A stretch of 64,000 nt of DNA from Polyangiaceae bacterium (GTDB taxonomy: Bacteria; Myxococcota_A; Polyangia; Polyangiales; Polyangiaceae), in assembly GCA_035063585.1 (NCBI GenBank), contig JAPSGB010000006.1, positions 1 through 64,000 of the forward strand, given 5' to 3'. Both the position numbers and the translations under genes were made by a program. Below are positions 60,080-64,000 of the stretch, one piece after another (position 1 is the first letter of the stretch; the number at the start of each line of letters is the position of its first letter). Below the pieces are notes generated by a model. That model did no database searches and was not told where the DNA came from. It was given only the letters and a program-made list of their open reading frames with translations.

Positions 60080-62149
60080 GTGCGCACGACCCATCGCTTC
60101 TTCCAGTCGCTCATCACTCTCGGCCTGGGGCTCGCCCTCTGCTCGTCATTCGTCGGGTGCGGAGGCGACGAGGGCGACGAGAGCGGCGAGAGCACGGGCG
60201 GCCCCCTCCTCGACGGCGACTGCGATCCGCTCGTACCCGAGCACTGCGGCTTGCCCTTCCCGTCGAACGTGTACTTGGCCAAGGACGAGTCCGGCCTGAA
60301 CCCGTCGGGGATGTCGGTGCGCTTCGGCGCCAAGACGCTCCCGGCGACGCTCGGCCAATACCCGCTGGATCCGAAGCACTTCTATGGCTCCGACGGCTTC
60401 TCCCCCGGCCAAGCCGCGATGACGCACCTGCTCGGTGCCACGGACGCAGGGCTCGCGACGCCGGACACCATCGCGAGCACGGTGAGCGCAGATTCACCGA
60501 CCATCCTGCTCGACGCGAGCAGCGGGGAGCTCGTCCCGCATTGGGTGGACCTCGACTACACGGCCCGCAACGACGACGAACGGGCGTTCATGATTCGTCC
60601 GGCCGTGCGCTTGAAGGATGCTACCCGTTACATCGTGGCCATCCGCCACGTGGTCGACGAGGGCGGCCAGGAGATCGCGCCATCCCCGGCATTTCGAGCG
60701 CTCCGCGACGGGACGTCGAGCCCGGAGAAGAGCGTCGGGCGACGCCGCGCTCTCTACAAGGACATCTTCGCGAAGCTCGCCGCCGCGGGCGTCGACAAGA
60801 AGGATCTCCAGATCGCGTGGGACTACACCACCGCGTCACGCGAGAGCAACACGCGCTGGATGGTGGCCGCGCGAGACAAGGCCCTCGCCTCGGTCGGCGA
60901 CGACGGGCCCACCTTCAAGGTGAAGACGGTCGAGGAAGCTCCCACCGCGCACACGCTTCGCCGCATCACGGTGACCATGACCGTTCCGCTCTTTCTCACC
61001 AACGGTGAGCCGGGCGACCAGCAGTTCGCACAGGGCAAAGACCCCGCGCGGCTCGTGCTCGGCGACGATGGGCTCCCGGTGGAGAGCGGCACGATGGAGC
61101 AGGACGTCCTCATCATCGTGCCGAACAGCGTGAACAACGGGAAGAAGCACGGGCTCCTGCAGAACGGGCACGGCCTCTTCGGCTCGATGCGTGAGGGTCA
61201 GGGCGGCTACATGGCCGAGATGACCGATCTCTACGACTGGATCGGCTTCTCCACCAACTACTTCGGCTTCTGCGAAGACGACGTGAACCTCGCCATCAAC
61301 GCGCTCGGCGCGCGGCCGGACCTGTTCTTGAGCTTCTTCGATCGCCAGGTGCAGGGTCAGGTCAATCAGCTCCTCGTCATGCGCATGATGATGGGTCGAG
61401 TCGCCAAGGAGGGTATCAAGGACGCGGACGGCACGGTGCTGCTCGATCCCGCTTGGATCGACCCCTCGCTCCGCGCCTATCGCGGCGACAGCCAAGGCGG
61501 CATCATGGGCACGACCTACATGGCGGTCTCGACCGACGTGACCCGAGGCCTCGTGGGAGAGCCCGGGATGCCGTACAACCTGCTCTTGAACCGCAGCAAG
61601 GACTGGCCCGCCTACGGCTTCGTGCTCGGCGGAGCCTACTCGAACGCGCTCGACCAGCAGATCATGCTCGGCCTCATCCAGATGGGCTGGGATCGCTCCG
61701 AGCCGAACGGCTACGCGCCGTACATGACGGACAACACGCTGCCGAACACGCCGCCGCATCACATCCTCATCCACGACGCCCTCGGGGATCATCAGGTGAC
61801 GACGTTCGCGGCCCACATCATCGCGCGCGCGGTCGGCGCGGTGAACCTGAAGTCGAACGACCCCGCGCAACCGCTCGTCCGCGACGTCTTCGACGTGCCG
61901 TCGGCGGCCGCGCCGGTGAAGGATCAGAACGCGATGGTCGAGTATGATTTCGGCCTGCCGGCGGAGCCCTTGCACAACCTGCCGGCCGCGGCCGGCTGTG
62001 ACCCGCATGATCGCGTGCGAGTCCTCACGGCCTCCTACGAGCAGTCCGACCGGTTCTTCCGCACGGGAACCATCGACTGGTTCTGCGACGGCGTGTGCAA
62101 TTGTGACGGCTTGAAGCCGGAGGACGGCTGCGACAAGACCTGTCAGTAG
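60080..62149 (+). CDS. Lipoprotein with alpha/beta-hydrolase domain (virulence-factor lipase-like N-terminus)
   Basis: Lipobox FVGC; LPFPSN, DGFSP, GHGLFG, GDSQGG nucleophile elbow, GDHQV, DPH. Confidence 0.85.
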   Translation: MRTTHRFFQSLITLGLGLALCSSFVGCGGDEGDESGESTGGPLLDGDCDPLVPEHCGLPFPSNVYLAKDESGLNPSGMSVRFGAKTLPATLGQYPLDPKHFYGSDGFSPGQAAMTHLLGATDAGLATPDTIASTVSADSPTILLDASSGELVPHWVDLDYTARNDDERAFMIRPAVRLKDATRYIVAIRHVVDEGGQEIAPSPAFRALRDGTSSPEKSVGRRRALYKDIFAKLAAAGVDKKDLQIAWDYTTASRESNTRWMVAARDKALASVGDDGPTFKVKTVEEAPTAHTLRRITVTMTVPLFLTNGEPGDQQFAQGKDPARLVLGDDGLPVESGTMEQDVLIIVPNSVNNGKKHGLLQNGHGLFGSMREGQGGYMAEMTDLYDWIGFSTNYFGFCEDDVNLAINALGARPDLFLSFFDRQVQGQVNQLLVMRMMMGRVAKEGIKDADGTVLLDPAWIDPSLRAYRGDSQGGIMGTTYMAVSTDVTRGLVGEPGMPYNLLLNRSKDWPAYGFVLGGAYSNALDQQIMLGLIQMGWDRSEPNGYAPYMTDNTLPNTPPHHILIHDALGDHQVTTFAAHIIARAVGAVNLKSNDPAQPLVRDVFDVPSAAAPVKDQNAMVEYDFGLPAEPLHNLPAAAGCDPHDRVRVLTASYEQSDRFFRTGTIDWFCDGVCNCDGLKPEDGCDKTCQ

Positions 62150-62161
62150 CGGGCGGCGCGC

Positions 62162-62914
62162 TCAGGCGCGAGCCGGCTCGAGCCGCGCGCGAACCAACAC
62201 GGCGTCGTCGGCCGCCCGGAGTTCGACGGCGAACCCGCTGGGGCTGCCCGCCGGGCGCCAGCCGAGCGCGCGTAGGCGCTCCCCCATGCGCGCCTCGCGA
62301 CGGTACTCGATGAAGAGCTTACCGAGCGCCGTGCTCGCCGGGGTCGCTGCGCCCCCGCGCTCGTGGTCGAAGAGCGCTCGGGTGTCGTCAGCGAAGTCGA
62401 TGTAGCGCGCGTGGTTCACGTGTCGAAAAACGTCGAGGTCCGAGGCGACCACGACGATCGCTCGCTCGAAGGCGTCGGCAGGCGCCGGTTCGTCGAGGCC
62501 CGGGACATCGACCGGCTCGCTCGGGCTCACGAGCTCCCTCACGCGCTCGGGAATCACGCGGGGACTACCCTGATCGTCCAGGCGCACGATGGTGCACGAG
62601 CCGACCGCGAGCGTGCGCCCATCACCGTCGACGATGGCGTGACCGAAATCCATGCTCGTGCGCCCGACGCGCGCCACCCAGCCCTGCGCCTCGAGTTCCA
62701 TCGGATACGCCGCCGGCGCGCGACTCTCGATGCGCTGGGCGCGCACCACGCCGCGTCCGAGGTCGACTCCGAGGGTGGCGCCGGCGGCTCGGATGGCCTC
62801 CCAGCGCACATGCTCGAGATGACGAGCGAGGGTCGCCAGACCGACCTCGGCGCCCGCGCTCATTTCGTAGCCGCGCACCGAGAGACGAACCGCGACGCGT
62901 CCGGAAGGCTTCAT
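62162..62914 (-). CDS. Double hot-dog acyl-CoA/acyl-ACP thioesterase
   Basis: RVGRTSM; SDLDVFRHVNHARY; IEYRRE. Confidence 0.85.
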   Translation of the reverse strand: MKPSGRVAVRLSVRGYEMSAGAEVGLATLARHLEHVRWEAIRAAGATLGVDLGRGVVRAQRIESRAPAAYPMELEAQGWVARVGRTSMDFGHAIVDGDGRTLAVGSCTIVRLDDQGSPRVIPERVRELVSPSEPVDVPGLDEPAPADAFERAIVVVASDLDVFRHVNHARYIDFADDTRALFDHERGGAATPASTALGKLFIEYRREARMGERLRALGWRPAGSPSGFAVELRAADDAVLVRARLEPARA

Positions 62915-62996
62915 CCGGAGAGCTCCTCCAGCCGGCGCCGGGCGAGCGCTCCCGTCACGAGCCGCGAATCGGCACGCAAGCCCGGGGTGCGCGCGC

Positions 62997-64000
62997 TCAC
63001 TTCGGGTTGGTCGGCTCGATACACACGCCGACCTCGAGGAGGACGTACATGAGCGCGGCCTCCTGGGGAAGGTATGGCGAGGTCGGCTTCGCGTTGCCGG
63101 CCTCGGTGTGATAGGTCGAGAAGAGCACGCGGCCGCATTGGTACTCGAAGCTCACCGTGGTCGGCTTCGGCCCGGAGCTGCCGATGTCGCCCTCGACCCA
63201 CACCTTCGGGGTCACGGTGACCGGCTTACCCTCGTCGTCGATGGTGTCGACGGGGTTCACCTTGTCGATCATCGTCCAGCTCGCCTTGACGTCGAAGGTC
63301 GTCACGCCCATCGCCGCGAGCCAGTCCTTCATGCCCTGGTCTTTCACCGTCGCCGGCGCGTCGTAGGACCCTCCCTGACACGCCGAGCCGAGCGCGGCGC
63401 CTTGCCCGACCCAGTCCACGTAGCCCGGGAACGGCTGGCGCACGAACTCGTAGGAGTAGTCGGTCACGTAGATCTTGCCGCCCATGGCGACATAGTCCTG
63501 AAGGTTCTTCTTCACGGTCGCGTCGCCCGGTACGAAGTCGTTGCAGGTCGTGCCGTCGCTGCCGGAGCAAGGGAGAAACACGATGTGATACTGCGAGAGC
63601 CGGTTCATGTCCTTCAAGAACCCGAGCTTGTTCGTGATGATGTCGAAAGAGGCGGTGCCCGGCTTGACCTGGACGCCCAGGTTGAACGGCCCCGGGATGA
63701 TCTCGCCGAGCCCGAACTTCGCGAGCGAGACCTCGATCTGATCCCACTGACCCTGGATCACGGCCATCTTCGGGATGTTGTCGCCAGCCGCGGGATCGGT
63801 CTTGCGCGGCATCGTGGTCAGAGCCGCCGGCACGTCTTGATCGCCGGCCACGACGTCGAACGTGCGATATCTCCTGAACTGTCCCTTCTCGACCACCAGC
63901 GTCTGCGGACCGGTCGCGTAGGCGTCGAGCTCGAAGCTGCCGTCTGGGTTCGAGAACGTGTAGGGAGTGCCGTGCGGCAGCGCGACGCACTTGTCGCAGT
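62997..64000 (-). CDS. 3' part of a secreted carboxypeptidase-regulatory-like domain protein, truncated by the window edge
   Basis: Frame open to the edge: CDKC..SNPDGSF..KGQFRR, GGKIYVTDYSY, CGRVLFSTYH. Confidence 0.8.
   Translation of the reverse strand, partial: CDKCVALPHGTPYTFSNPDGSFELDAYATGPQTLVVEKGQFRRYRTFDVVAGDQDVPAALTTMPRKTDPAAGDNIPKMAVIQGQWDQIEVSLAKFGLGEIIPGPFNLGVQVKPGTASFDIITNKLGFLKDMNRLSQYHIVFLPCSGSDGTTCNDFVPGDATVKKNLQDYVAMGGKIYVTDYSYEFVRQPFPGYVDWVGQGAALGSACQGGSYDAPATVKDQGMKDWLAAMGVTTFDVKASWTMIDKVNPVDTIDDEGKPVTVTPKVWVEGDIGSSGPKPTTVSFEYQCGRVLFSTYHTEAGNAKPTSPYLPQEAALMYVLLEVGVCIEPTNPK

Overview
This is a very GC-rich, gene-dense bacterial window with a myxobacterial (Myxococcota, Polyangiaceae/Sorangium-like) signature: MYXO-CTERM surface proteins, PEGA- and DUF4388-type domains, a Hanks-type kinase and many lipoproteins. 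About 48 CDSs can be supported. They include housekeeping genes (rph, queE, modA/modB, a leuB-family dehydrogenase, dapF, yggU, fpr, gltA, amrS), an NtrC-type regulator and many envelope proteins. I recognised no rRNA, tRNA, CRISPR array, integrase or transposase. Most long ORFs in the track are GC-driven antisense or off-frame shadows, and several listed starts are too far upstream, so I re-picked them. The best candidates for undescribed biology are: (1) a co-oriented signalling cluster at 35991-43960 built largely from apparent pseudo-enzymes (degenerate GGDEF with intact RxxD I-site, pseudo-receiver/DUF4388/pseudo-GTPase, and an Hpt-REC-REC membrane protein with a PEGA domain); (2) a surface cluster at 50562-56806 (collagen-like fibre with a coupled small lipoprotein, a MYXO-CTERM lysozyme-like enzyme with a coupled lipoprotein, and a MYXO-CTERM beta-helix protein); (3) a recurring TAnnnT-N5-9-start-codon pattern suggesting widespread leaderless transcription; (4) an outer-membrane protein with 14 YGQQPG repeats, a tandem pair of Ig-like+barrel proteins and a pseudo-sulfatase. 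All domain calls come from motif recognition by eye and need HMM or structure confirmation.
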